From contig OZ243929.1 of the NCBI GenBank assembly GCA_965213995.1, forward strand, positions 1,439,236-1,503,235: a stretch of DNA of 64,000 bases, written 5' to 3'. Origin of the DNA: Gammaproteobacteria bacterium. GTDB lineage: Bacteria; Pseudomonadota; Gammaproteobacteria; Steroidobacterales; Foliamicaceae. The translations under genes and the position numbers were made by a program. The first letter of the stretch is position 1, and each line of letters starts with the position of its first letter. Below, one piece after another: positions 41,814 through 50,478 of the stretch. The notes beneath the pieces were generated by a model. The model worked only from the letters and a program-made list of their open reading frames with translations, made no database searches and was not told where the DNA came from.

Positions 41814-43289
41814 TCAGCGACCGCTCATTGAAGTCAAAAGCGCGCCGTGCGCTTCCTCGCCCGGACCCTTGGCCGCGAGCGGGTGCTCCATCAGCGCAAC
41901 CACGGCCAGTTCGCGGCCGCTCCCGGAACGCACAATTCCGGCGATTGCCGACACGCCGTCGAGGCTGCCGGTCTTCAGGTGCGCCTGGCCGCTGAACGGC
42001 GCGTTCCTGTAGGTTCTCGTGAGCGTGCCGTCGCGCCCGGCCACGGGCAGCGAGGCGATCAGTTCCGGATACAGCGGGCTGTGGGCGGCATGGACCAGAA
42101 CGCGCCCTAGGTCGGCGGCGGAAATCCGCGCAATCCGCGACAGCCCCGAGCCGTTGTCGAGCACTAGGCTGGGCAGGTCCAGGCCCGCGCGGCGCAGCAC
42201 TTCGATGGCCGCAGTGCGGGCTTTTTCCGGCGTTGCCGGCGGGCCGCGCATTTCCGCGCCTAGGCTGAGCAGCAACTGTCGCGCCATCACGTTGTTGCTG
42301 TGCTTGTTCATGAAGCGCACTGCCTGGGAGGCGAACTCCGAGGCGAACTCAAGCCAAGGCTCGGCATCGTCCGGCGCGCTGCCGAGGCGATAGCCGCCTT
42401 CGAGTTCGCCCCCGCCTTCGCGCCATAGCGCGTCGAACAGCCCAAAGGCGTACGCGGGGCCGGAAAGCGCCCGGCGCGGGATCGAGTAGGTGCCGCAGTT
42501 TCGGCTGTAGCTGCCGTCGAGTTCCACGCGATTGTCGCCGGCTCCCGTAATGCGAATCGCAACCCCTCTCTGGAACCCGCCGCAGCGCCCGCCGGTCAGC
42601 CGCACGCGGTTAATCAGTTCCAGCCCGGTCAGCGGCGGGTCCAGACGCGCCCGCACCCGGTTTCCTAGGCGGTCGGGCTCCACCACCGCGCGCACCGACT
42701 GGAAGTTCATCAGCAAAGCGTAGGGCGAGGCGCTGAAGGCGCGGTGCCGGTCGGCTTCGAAACCGCTTACCGGAAGATCATTGGCCGGCAGCCAGCTGTC
42801 GTCGATGACCAGCCCGCCTTTGATGGCGCGCAAGCCTTTCTGCCGCATTCTGTGCTGGAAGAGCCACAGCCGCTCCATGACCAAGCGGGGGTCGCCGCGG
42901 CCTTCGAGGATGAGGGGGCCGGACAACACGCCGCCGCGCAGTTCGCCGCCAAGGTGGGCGCGCGTGGCCCATCGGTATTCCGGCCCAAGGGCTTCAAGAA
43001 CAAGCCAGCCAGTCAGCACCTTGATAACGGAAGCGGGCTTGCGGGGAATATCCGCGCCGTGAGCCAGCAGCGGCTCTTGGCTCCGCACATCCTGCGCCCA
43101 AACGGAGTAGCTGCCTTGCGGAATGCCGTAGTGCGCCAGGATGCGCTTCACCCCGGGCGGCAGTCCATCCCGGGCCCCGGCTGACGGCAAGCCGCAGAGC
43201 ATGGCCAGCGAAAACGCAGCCAGCGCCGCCGCCGGAACCTGCCGCAGGCTTGCAGGGAAAGCCTTGCGACGAAGGCATTCCGCCTGCAT
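41814..43289 (-). CDS. dacB: D-alanyl-D-alanine carboxypeptidase/endopeptidase (PBP4 family)
   Basis: SxxK PASVIKVL, SxN KHSNNVMA and the KTG motif LKTGSLDGV. The internal Met at 43289 gives a signal peptide (AALAAFSLAMLCGLPSAGA). Confidence 0.8.
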   Translation of the reverse strand: MQAECLRRKAFPASLRQVPAAALAAFSLAMLCGLPSAGARDGLPPGVKRILAHYGIPQGSYSVWAQDVRSQEPLLAHGADIPRKPASVIKVLTGWLVLEALGPEYRWATRAHLGGELRGGVLSGPLILEGRGDPRLVMERLWLFQHRMRQKGLRAIKGGLVIDDSWLPANDLPVSGFEADRHRAFSASPYALLMNFQSVRAVVEPDRLGNRVRARLDPPLTGLELINRVRLTGGRCGGFQRGVAIRITGAGDNRVELDGSYSRNCGTYSIPRRALSGPAYAFGLFDALWREGGGELEGGYRLGSAPDDAEPWLEFASEFASQAVRFMNKHSNNVMARQLLLSLGAEMRGPPATPEKARTAAIEVLRRAGLDLPSLVLDNGSGLSRIARISAADLGRVLVHAAHSPLYPELIASLPVAGRDGTLTRTYRNAPFSGQAHLKTGSLDGVSAIAGIVRSGSGRELAVVALMEHPLAAKGPGEEAHGALLTSMSGR

Positions 43290-43377
43290 GAAGGGCGGGG
43301 ATGCCGTCACGGAGGATGCTATCAGGGGCACGTTGTCAGGCACATGCCATAGGGGCGCGCTTTCGCTCCATCCGGCA

Positions 43378-44073
43378 TCAGGCTGAAGCACGGCCTCGAT
43401 TGTCCGCTTGCGCGTTGATGATCCGCCATCCTTGCCGGCGCGCTTCGGCGGCCAGCCTCGCATCGGGATTGACCGCCACGGGACAGCCGCAGGCCGCTAG
43501 CAGGGGTAGGTCGCTGGCGGCGTTTCCGTATGCGCTTGCGCTCGAAAGGCTGGCCTCCAGCTTTTGGCAGAGTTCGCGCGCCGCGGCCAGTTTTTCCTCG
43601 CCCACGCGATGCAATGTCGGCGGCGCAAGGCAAAAGCGGCCATTGCGCTCCGCGCACTGTGTTCCAAGCACCGTCGAAACCTGCAATTCCTCGGCCACGG
43701 CCTCGGCTAGGAAGTGCGGAGCGCCCGAAAGCAGCACCACGATGTCTCCGCGTTCAAGATGCGCCCGCAGGCGCTCAACGCAGGGCGCGAACAGGGCCTT
43801 TTTCAGGCGCTGCGATGCCCAGGCGCCGGCGAGCGAGCGGGCGCTTGCCGCCGTGCGCCGCCACAATAGCGACTTGTTTTTCGCGAACACGCCCAAGCCA
43901 TATCGCGGCAAGTAGCGCAGCGAAAAAACGGCGTAGGCCAGCAGCCTGACCAAGCCGATCCGACCGCGAAAAAGCAGCCAGAGGGCAAACCGCTTCTCCG
44001 TGCTTGGCGCACGCACCAAGGTGCCGTCAATATCGAACAGCGCGAGGCGCTGCGGCGGCTTCGGGCCATTCAT
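43378..44073 (-). CDS. HAD-IB family phosphatase
   Basis: LALFDIDGTLV (DxDGT), VVLLSGAPHFL and AYGNAASDLPLL. The Met at 44073 is preferred over the long track ORF. Confidence 0.7.
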   Translation of the reverse strand: MNGPKPPQRLALFDIDGTLVRAPSTEKRFALWLLFRGRIGLVRLLAYAVFSLRYLPRYGLGVFAKNKSLLWRRTAASARSLAGAWASQRLKKALFAPCVERLRAHLERGDIVVLLSGAPHFLAEAVAEELQVSTVLGTQCAERNGRFCLAPPTLHRVGEEKLAAARELCQKLEASLSSASAYGNAASDLPLLAACGCPVAVNPDARLAAEARRQGWRIINAQADNRGRASA

Positions 44074-44099
44074 GGAGCGCTGCGGTTGCGGGAGAACAG

Positions 44100-44723
44100 T
44101 CACCGCCGCTCCGCGGCGAGAAATTCGAAGATCACCGGCATTCCCCGCGCTAGGCAGAGCGCCACAGAAAGGTAGGTGAGCGCCATGACCAGCCACTCGA
44201 AGCCCGGCTGCACCGTCGCCCACAATTCCATTAGCGACGGCAAAAGCGTTTCTATTCCCGCCGGCAGGGGATTGATTAGGAACAGTCCCACAAAAGCGCA
44301 AGCCTTGATGGTGGCGTAAAACCCGCGCATGAAGCGTCCCGCCACCAGCCATCGGCCCGCCGGCGAGTCCAGCAGCGCCAGCGGGCTGCCCCGGTCGGCC
44401 TGCACCATGCTGGCCCGAATGGCATCCACCAGCACGCCGCGCACCACGAACACAATGGGAATCCAGATGGGTATCAGGTCGAGGTCCGCCAGCACGATCC
44501 AGAGCGTGAGTTCAACGATTCGATCCGCGGCGATATCGAACAGCGCGCCGAACAGGCTCTCCTCGCCCCTGCGGCGCGCCACCCATCCGTCGAGGCCGTC
44601 GGATATGAACACCAAGCCCAGAATGGGCCATATCCATAGTTGCGCGGGCGAGACCGGCTGGTAGGCGATGGCCACCACGACGAGCAGCAAAAAGAGGCGG
44701 CCCAGCGTGATCAGGTTGGCCAT
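44100..44723 (-). CDS. CDP-alcohol phosphatidyltransferase family protein
   Basis: MANLITLGRLFLL... with the signature DGLDGWVARRRGEESLFGALFDIAADR (D-G-x2-A-R...G-x3-D-x3-D). The 442-aa track ORF is an upstream run-on. Confidence 0.8.
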   Translation of the reverse strand: MANLITLGRLFLLLVVVAIAYQPVSPAQLWIWPILGLVFISDGLDGWVARRRGEESLFGALFDIAADRIVELTLWIVLADLDLIPIWIPIVFVVRGVLVDAIRASMVQADRGSPLALLDSPAGRWLVAGRFMRGFYATIKACAFVGLFLINPLPAGIETLLPSLMELWATVQPGFEWLVMALTYLSVALCLARGMPVIFEFLAAERR

Positions 44724-44786
44724 GGCGGAATTATAGACAGCCGGCGCCGATCTTATAATTCGCCTGTTGCTGCCACTTTGCGATTC

Positions 44787-45365
44787 ATGGGCGCACTCTC
44801 TTTTCTGCTCGGCACTGTCGCGGACCTGTACATGGTCTGTTTCGTGATTCGCCTCGCGCTCTATTGGCATGGCGCCGATCCGCGCGACCCGGTGGCTGCC
44901 GTCGTGTTGCGCCTGACCAACCCCTTGGCGGCCCCCTTTCGCCTTTTGGCGAAGCCCTCCCGGCGCGTGGAGACGCATGTGCTTGTTGCGTTTCTTGTGC
45001 TTCAATGCGCGCTGGTCTGGCTTACGGTCAGCGCGGGCTGCGCGACCGGTCCCACCATCTTCCAAATCGTGGCTTTTGGTCTGATCCGCGCCTTGCGGCT
45101 GGTTCTGTGGTTCTATCTCCTGGCGGTTGTGGCCTGGGCCCTGATGAGCTGGTTCTCCCCGAGCGGATACAACCCCTTGGTGGGCGCGCTGCACCGCATC
45201 TGCTCTCCGGCGCTGGCGCCAATCCGGCGCCTGCTTCCGGGCATGGGCGGAATCGACTTCAGCCCCCTCGTGCTCATCCTCGGCCTGCAACTGGCGTTGA
45301 GCTTCCTCCCGGGCGCGGAAGCCGCGGCCTCGCTCGACTGCGCGCGGGGCTTCTCGCCCATTTAG
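44787..45365 (+). CDS. YggT family membrane protein
   Basis: Two YGGT-like repeats (LYMVCFVIRLALYW...LTNPLAAPFR and LRLVLWFYLLAVVAWALMSW...ICSPALAPIRRLLPGMGGIDFSPLV). Confidence 0.7.
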   Translation: MGALSFLLGTVADLYMVCFVIRLALYWHGADPRDPVAAVVLRLTNPLAAPFRLLAKPSRRVETHVLVAFLVLQCALVWLTVSAGCATGPTIFQIVAFGLIRALRLVLWFYLLAVVAWALMSWFSPSGYNPLVGALHRICSPALAPIRRLLPGMGGIDFSPLVLILGLQLALSFLPGAEAAASLDCARGFSPI

Positions 45366-45403
45366 CCAGCGCGCCGCCGCCGCATCCTCAGCCATCGGCC
45401 CGG

Positions 45404-46618
45404 TCAGGAGGATCGCGCCGTCACCCAATGCTCGACCGGCCTGGACAAGAATTCCTCAATGGCGATCCCGTCTCCGCCAACCAGCAGGATGCGGTCCGGC
45501 GAAAAAGCGCCGGCGAAAGCGTTCATTCCGGCAGGCATCCCGCGCATCCGGCCGCTCTTGACTTCAATCGCCGTCAGCCAATCTCCTGCGCGAACCACGA
45601 AATCGACTTCGCGGTTGCGCTCGCGCCAGTAAAAGAGTTCGCACAACCCTTCGGCTGCCGCGTTTGCCAGATGGGCGCCCACTGCGGATTCCGCCAGCCG
45701 TCCCCAAAACTCGCCGTCCTTGCGCGCTTTTGCCAAGCTAAGGCCGGAGCGCGCCGTCATCAGGGCCGTATTTAGGACCTGCAATTTCGGGCTGGAGCCG
45801 CGCCGCCGCGCCTCGTCGCCGGCGTATTTCTGCAAGCCGGCCAGCATTCCGGCGCCCGCCAGCAGCTCTAGGTAATGCGCCAGCGTCGTGGTGTTGCCCG
45901 CGTCCTGGAGCTGCCCCAGCATTTTTGTGTACGAAAGAATCCGGCCGGAATAAGCGCAACCCAGCTCGAACAATCTCCGCAGCAATGCCGGCTTGTTCAC
46001 GCGGGCAAGGAGCAGCACGTCGCGCGCCACCGTGGTTTCAATCAGGGAATCGCGGATATAGCGCGACCAGCGAGCGGGCTGCCTGATCAGCGGCGCAGCG
46101 CCGGGGTAGGCTCCGTAGAAGAGGTACTGCTCCAATGACCATCCAAACGCTTCCCGCATCTCCGCAAAAGTCCAGTGGGGAAGACGCAGAAGCTCGAAAC
46201 GGCCCGCTAGGCTTTCCGTCATGCCTTGCTCAAGCAACAAGGGCGCCGACCCCGACAGCACCACGCTCAATTGCCGTCCGTTGCGCGCGTCTTCGTCCCA
46301 AAGCCGTTTGATGGTTTCCGCCCAATTCGGCGCCTTCTGCGCCTCGTCCAGCAGCAGCAGCGCGCCCGCCGCGCCCCTGTCGTCCGCCAGCAGCCTCGCC
46401 GCCTCCCACTGCTGCGCAACCCATTCCGGCCCGCGCAGCGTCGGCTCGTCGGCGCTGGCGAAGCGATAGGGTTTGCTTGACTGCTTGGCGACTTGGGTGA
46501 TCAGAGTGGTCTTGCCCACTTGGCGCGCGCCAGTCACTATCTGGATAAACCGGCGCGGCGCGCCCAAGCGTTGCAGCAACTCCGCCGCCTGAGGCCGCTG
46601 ATAAGACGGATTACTCAT
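45404..46618 (-). CDS. AAA+ ATPase, COG1373/DUF4143-type
   Basis: Walker A VTGARQVGKTTL and Walker B LLLLDEAQK. The C-terminal part (YWRERNREVDFVVRAGDWLTAIEVKSG) resembles the DUF4143 / PD-(D/E)xK-like module of this family. Confidence 0.8.
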   Translation of the reverse strand: MSNPSYQRPQAAELLQRLGAPRRFIQIVTGARQVGKTTLITQVAKQSSKPYRFASADEPTLRGPEWVAQQWEAARLLADDRGAAGALLLLDEAQKAPNWAETIKRLWDEDARNGRQLSVVLSGSAPLLLEQGMTESLAGRFELLRLPHWTFAEMREAFGWSLEQYLFYGAYPGAAPLIRQPARWSRYIRDSLIETTVARDVLLLARVNKPALLRRLFELGCAYSGRILSYTKMLGQLQDAGNTTTLAHYLELLAGAGMLAGLQKYAGDEARRRGSSPKLQVLNTALMTARSGLSLAKARKDGEFWGRLAESAVGAHLANAAAEGLCELFYWRERNREVDFVVRAGDWLTAIEVKSGRMRGMPAGMNAFAGAFSPDRILLVGGDGIAIEEFLSRPVEHWVTARSS

Positions 46619-46641
46619 TCCAATGAGTAATTTTACTCATT
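46611..46641. promoter_or_regulatory. Overlapping palindromes spanning the AAA ATPase start codon (operator-like)
   Basis: TTACTCATT (46611-19) cc AATGAGTAA (46622-30) tt TTACTCATT (46633-41). The CAT at 46616-18 is the ATPase start codon on the minus strand. Confidence 0.4.
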
Positions 46642-46830
46642 TATAAGAGCAAAAACTTTCGGGTTGGAATGGAATAATGGGTCGAACAGAAACTCCAAGT
46701 GCCTGTTTCTTTTTATTCCGCGAGAAAAAAGTAAACGCCTACTCTTTGAAGCAAATCCTTGTGGTTCGGCGTCGGCCAAGTCGGCCAGTCTGCTCTCGGT
46801 TGTCGGGATCGCTCTTGCGGTTCGGGGCGT

Positions 46831-47283
46831 CTATTCAGTTTCCGCTCCTGCTGCCGCTGGAGCGTCGGGCAGGGCGAGTTCGATGCCGTTGGGGGTTTCG
46901 ATCAGTAGGTCCTCGATAGGGAATAGGGTTTCCGGAGCGGGCAACACCATCTGGCCGCTGCGCATTTCGTTTTCCTTCACGATCGGGCCGGTGATGACGG
47001 CTACGGGCGTGTCGGGGCGTATTGCGGGCAGCGGCGCCGGTATCGGGCCCTGCGCCTCGGCTTCGGCAACTTCCTCCGGCGAGGCGAGGCGCACGGCGTA
47101 GGACACCAGGCGCACAAAGCCTTCCTCGTATTCCTCTTGGAACATCGCGCCCAAGATTAGCAGCCCAAGCACCACGAAGCTGGCGACGACTGCCGAGAAG
47201 CCGAAGCGGAACGCCGAGCGCCGCCGCGCTTGCGAGTCGGCTTGCTGCGCGGCACTGGCCGCGCGGGGCCGCAGGCGCTTCAT
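46831..47283 (-). CDS. Hypothetical single-pass membrane protein
   Basis: Its ATG overlaps the msrB stop (ATGA). One TM segment ([22 protein letters not shown]). No recognisable domain. Confidence 0.5.
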   Translation of the reverse strand: MKRLRPRAASAAQQADSQARRRSAFRFGFSAVVASFVVLGLLILGAMFQEEYEEGFVRLVSYAVRLASPEEVAEAEAQGPIPAPLPAIRPDTPVAVITGPIVKENEMRSGQMVLPAPETLFPIEDLLIETPNGIELALPDAPAAAGAETE

Positions 47284-47669
47284 TTCTTGTTGAATCGCAG
47301 AGATGCGGAGTTGATGCAGTAACGCATGCCGGTGGGCCGGGGGCCGTCCGGGAAAAGATGGCCCAGATGCGCGCCGCACTTTGAACACACCACCTCGACG
47401 CGCTGCATGCCGTGGCTGGAATCGCTGTGTTGCGTAATCGCGCCGTTGGAGGCGGGCGCGAAGAAGCTGGGCCAGCCGGTGCCGGAATCGAACTTGGCAT
47501 CGGAACGGAACAGCTCGGCGCCGCAGCATACGCATTCGTAGGCGCCTGTGTCCTTGTTGAACAGCAAATCGCCGCTGAACGGCGCCTCGGTGCCCTTTTC
47601 CTGCGTGACGTGGTATTGCTGAGGCGTCAGCCGCTCGCGCAATTCATTGTTCTTCGGCGCCTTGTGCAT
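47280..47669 (-). CDS. msrB: Peptide-methionine (R)-S-oxide reductase
   Basis: [34 protein letters not shown] and RYCINS. Confidence 0.9.
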   Translation of the reverse strand: MHKAPKNNELRERLTPQQYHVTQEKGTEAPFSGDLLFNKDTGAYECVCCGAELFRSDAKFDSGTGWPSFFAPASNGAITQHSDSSHGMQRVEVVCSKCGAHLGHLFPDGPRPTGMRYCINSASLRFNKK

Positions 47670-47729
47670 CGCAGCATTGTAGCCCCGCCGTCGTCGTCAG
47701 AAATCCAGCAGGCGTTTCGGGGCGCCTCT

Positions 47730-47819
47730 TTGCGCGCTTGCCTCTCGCGGGAGCGTTGGAGCCACTGCAAGCCAATCGCTTGGCGGGCAGAGCATCTCCC
47801 GCGAGAGGCAAGCGCGCAA
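47730..47819 (+). repeat. Family-1-related element, copy e1 (X-module only)
   Basis: Arms ttgcgcgcttgcctctcgcgggag / ctcccgcgagaggcaagcgcgcaa. The interior gttggagccactgcaagccaatcgcttggcg matches copy c but lacks the CCATGGATGG core. Confidence 0.75.
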
Positions 47820-47866
47820 GCAGGCCCCGGTCGGCGCAGAGCCCCGGGGGCGGCATTCCCCAAGCT

Positions 47867-47966
47867 CTTTGTTCGTTCCCTGCTTCCGGGAGTGTCGGCG
47901 ACAGGAGTCGCCGCCAAGCCCCATGGATGGGTTTATGCGTCTCCCGGAAGCAGGGAACGAACAAAG
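47867..47966 (+). repeat. Family-1 intergenic palindromic element, copy e2
   Basis: Arms ctttgttcgttccctgcttccgggag / ctcccggaagcagggaacgaacaaag are perfect. Inner hairpin ggcgac-agga-gtcgcc is compensatory relative to ggcggc/gccgcc. Core aagccccatggatgggtttatgcgtctc. Confidence 0.85.
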
Positions 47967-48011
47967 GGCGGAATCGAAGCGTTTCCCGTGGGGGGAAGCG
48001 ATGGAAGCGAT

Positions 48012-49934
48012 TCAGGATTCGAGCAGGCGGTTGACGCGGCGCACGAACTCGCCGGGGTCGGCCAGCTCCCGGCCTTGGGTGAGCACGGCCTGTTCGTGCA
48101 GCAGGCGCGTCATGTCCTCGAACAGCTCGGCATCGCCCTCGCGCAAGGCCAAGCGCTTGAAAAGCGCATGCCCCGTATTGATTTCAAGAACGGGCCGGGC
48201 ATCCGGCAGCTCCTGTCCGCTGGCGCGCAAAATCCGCTGCATCTGCACGCCCATTTCCTGCTCGCCCAGCGCCAGGCAGGAGGGCGAATCGGTGAGCCGC
48301 GCGGTGGCCCGCACTTCGGAAACCTCCTCTCCCAGCACGCTCCGCATGCGTGCCAGCAGACCCGCCACATCGGCGTCCCCCGCCGCTTCGCCGACTTCCA
48401 CAGGCGCCGCGCCGGGCAATTCCCCCGCCTCAAGCGCGCCCCGCGTGATATCGCGAAACCGCAATTCCTCATAGGCGCCAAGGTGTCCCACCACCCATTC
48501 GTCGATGGGGTCGGACAAAAGCAGCACCTCCAAGCCGCGCTGGGCGAATACTTCAAGTTGCGGACTCGACCGCGCCGCTGCCGGACTGGCCGCGGTGATG
48601 TAGTAGATTTCCTTTTGCTCCTCGGGCTTGCGCTTGGCGTAATCGGCAAGCGTGGCATCCTGGTTGTCGCCTTGCGAAGCCGTGGTGGCAAACCGCAGCA
48701 ACGCCAGGATGCGGTCCCGGTTGCCCGCATCCTCCACCACGCCTTCCTTGAATACCCGCCCGAACTCGTTCCAGAATGCGCGGTAGCCTTCCGAATCGTC
48801 TTTCGCCAGACGGTCGAGCATATCGAGCACGCGGCGCGCCAAGGCTTGGCGCATGGCGCGCACATCGTCGTTCTGCTGGAGCAGTTCGCGGGACACGTTC
48901 AGCGGCAGGTCGTTGCTATCCACCACGCCGCGCACAAAGCGCAGGTACAAGGGCAGAAACTGCTCGGCATCGTCCATGATGAACACCCGCTGCACGTAGA
49001 GTTTCACGCCTCGCGGAGATTCGCGGTTGAACAAATCGAAAGGCGCCCGCTTAGGGATATACAGGAGGCTCGCGTAATCGCGCCGGCCCTCCACCTGGTT
49101 ATGCGTGTGGCACAGCGGATCCTCGCTGTCGTGGGCGATATGGCGGTAGAACTCTTGGTATTCCTCGGCGCTGATATCGCGCTTGGGGCGGGTCCACAGC
49201 GCCTTGGCCGTGTTCACGACTTCCTGCTGCGGCGCGGCGGCGGAGTCTTTGCCGTCCTGCATGGCCGGCATGCCGACCGGGAATGCGATATGGTCGGAAT
49301 AGCGCCGGATCAGCGAGCGCAACTGCCATGCATCGGCAAAGCCGCGCTCCTTCTCCTTCAGGTGCAGGCGCACTGAGGTGCCGCGGCGCTCGCGCGGCGC
49401 CGCCTTGACCGTGAACTTGCCTTGGCCGTCGGACGACCAGCGAACACCTTCTTCGACCGGCAGGCCGGCGCGGCGCGTGGCCACCTCCACGCGGTCGGCC
49501 ACGATAAACGAAGAGTAAAAGCCCACGCCGAACTGGCCGATTAAACGCGCGTCCTGCTGCTCATCGCCCGACAGCTTGGCTAAAAAGTCGCTGGTGCCGG
49601 ACCGGGCGATCGTGCCGAGTTGCTGCACGGCCTCCTCCTCGGACATTCCAATGCCGTTGTCGCTTACTTCAATCCAGCCTTCATCGGCATCGAAATCCAC
49701 GGCAATGGCCAGCTCGGCATCCTCGCCGAGCAGTTCCGGCTGCGAAATAGCCGAAAAGCGCAACCGGTCGCAGGCATCCGAGGCATTGGAAATCAATTCG
49801 CGCAGAAAGATTTCCTTGTGGCTGTAAAGAGAGTGGATCATCAGCTTGAGAAGCTGCTGAACCTCCGCTTGAAAGCTGCGGGTGCGGGCTCTTCGGCTGG
49901 GCTTGGCGGCGGAATCTTTGGCGGACATGGGCAA
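48012..49934 (-). CDS. htpG: Molecular chaperone HtpG (Hsp90)
   Basis: FQAEVQQLLKLMIHSLYSHKEIFLRELISNASDA, GQFGVGFYSSF and YVQRVFIMDD. Confidence 0.95.
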   Translation of the reverse strand: MPMSAKDSAAKPSRRARTRSFQAEVQQLLKLMIHSLYSHKEIFLRELISNASDACDRLRFSAISQPELLGEDAELAIAVDFDADEGWIEVSDNGIGMSEEEAVQQLGTIARSGTSDFLAKLSGDEQQDARLIGQFGVGFYSSFIVADRVEVATRRAGLPVEEGVRWSSDGQGKFTVKAAPRERRGTSVRLHLKEKERGFADAWQLRSLIRRYSDHIAFPVGMPAMQDGKDSAAAPQQEVVNTAKALWTRPKRDISAEEYQEFYRHIAHDSEDPLCHTHNQVEGRRDYASLLYIPKRAPFDLFNRESPRGVKLYVQRVFIMDDAEQFLPLYLRFVRGVVDSNDLPLNVSRELLQQNDDVRAMRQALARRVLDMLDRLAKDDSEGYRAFWNEFGRVFKEGVVEDAGNRDRILALLRFATTASQGDNQDATLADYAKRKPEEQKEIYYITAASPAAARSSPQLEVFAQRGLEVLLLSDPIDEWVVGHLGAYEELRFRDITRGALEAGELPGAAPVEVGEAAGDADVAGLLARMRSVLGEEVSEVRATARLTDSPSCLALGEQEMGVQMQRILRASGQELPDARPVLEINTGHALFKRLALREGDAELFEDMTRLLHEQAVLTQGRELADPGEFVRRVNRLLES

Positions 49935-49941
49935 GGCTTGG

Positions 49942-50475
49942 CTAGGGCTTGATAGTGATGGGGGTTCCGATGGGCGTCATCATCCAGATTTCCAGCATGG
50001 CGGAATTGCTGACCGCGATGCAGCCGTCGGTCCAGTCCCGCGATGAATAGTAGTTGCGGTCGCGACCGTTGCCCGGACGGATGGGGCGCCCGTGAATCAT
50101 GATGAGGCCGCCGGGAGAGACATCGGCTTCGGCCGCCCGCGCCCGATCCGCTGCGTTGGGATAGGAGATCTGCAAGGCCAGCATGTAGCTGGAATCCGGC
50201 TTGCGAGCCGAAATGCGATAGCTGCCCTCGGGGGTGCGGTAGTCGCCTTCGCGCCGTTTATGGCCCTTAGGCGACAGCCCGAGCGCGATTTCATAGGAAC
50301 GCACGGTTTTTTCATCTTTGATGAGATATAGCCGGCGCAGCGATTTATCAACCGTGATCGAGTCGATAGCGGGCAGGGTTTCCTGCGCCGCCGCGGCCGC
50401 CAAGGAGAAAGCGGCGCCAAGCGCAAAGCCGCACAGCAGCCGCAGGGTTATGGCAACCAGCCGCTGGCGGGTCAT
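49942..50475 (-). CDS. L,D-transpeptidase (YkuD) family protein
   Basis: Signal peptide, then the YkuD core: LYLIKDEKTVRSYEIALG..., IHGRP...DWTDGCIAVSN (catalytic His/Cys). Confidence 0.8.
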   Translation of the reverse strand: MTRQRLVAITLRLLCGFALGAAFSLAAAAAQETLPAIDSITVDKSLRRLYLIKDEKTVRSYEIALGLSPKGHKRREGDYRTPEGSYRISARKPDSSYMLALQISYPNAADRARAAEADVSPGGLIMIHGRPIRPGNGRDRNYYSSRDWTDGCIAVSNSAMLEIWMMTPIGTPITIKP

Positions 50476-50478
50476 GGC

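Noticed and set aside
44724-45428. N-terminal extension of the 442-aa ORF (44100-45428), with similar upstream extensions at 43378-44352 and 41814-43463
   Set aside because: The extensions are low-complexity and overlap yggT or neighbouring genes. Family homology and sensible N-termini (a TM helix or signal peptide) begin at the internal Met codons used in the feature table.
47412-49376. 654-aa ORF on the plus strand
   Set aside because: It is entirely antisense to htpG and msrB. It has an Arg/Ala/Gly-rich, low-complexity composition typical of GC-rich shadow frames, and no recognisable motifs.
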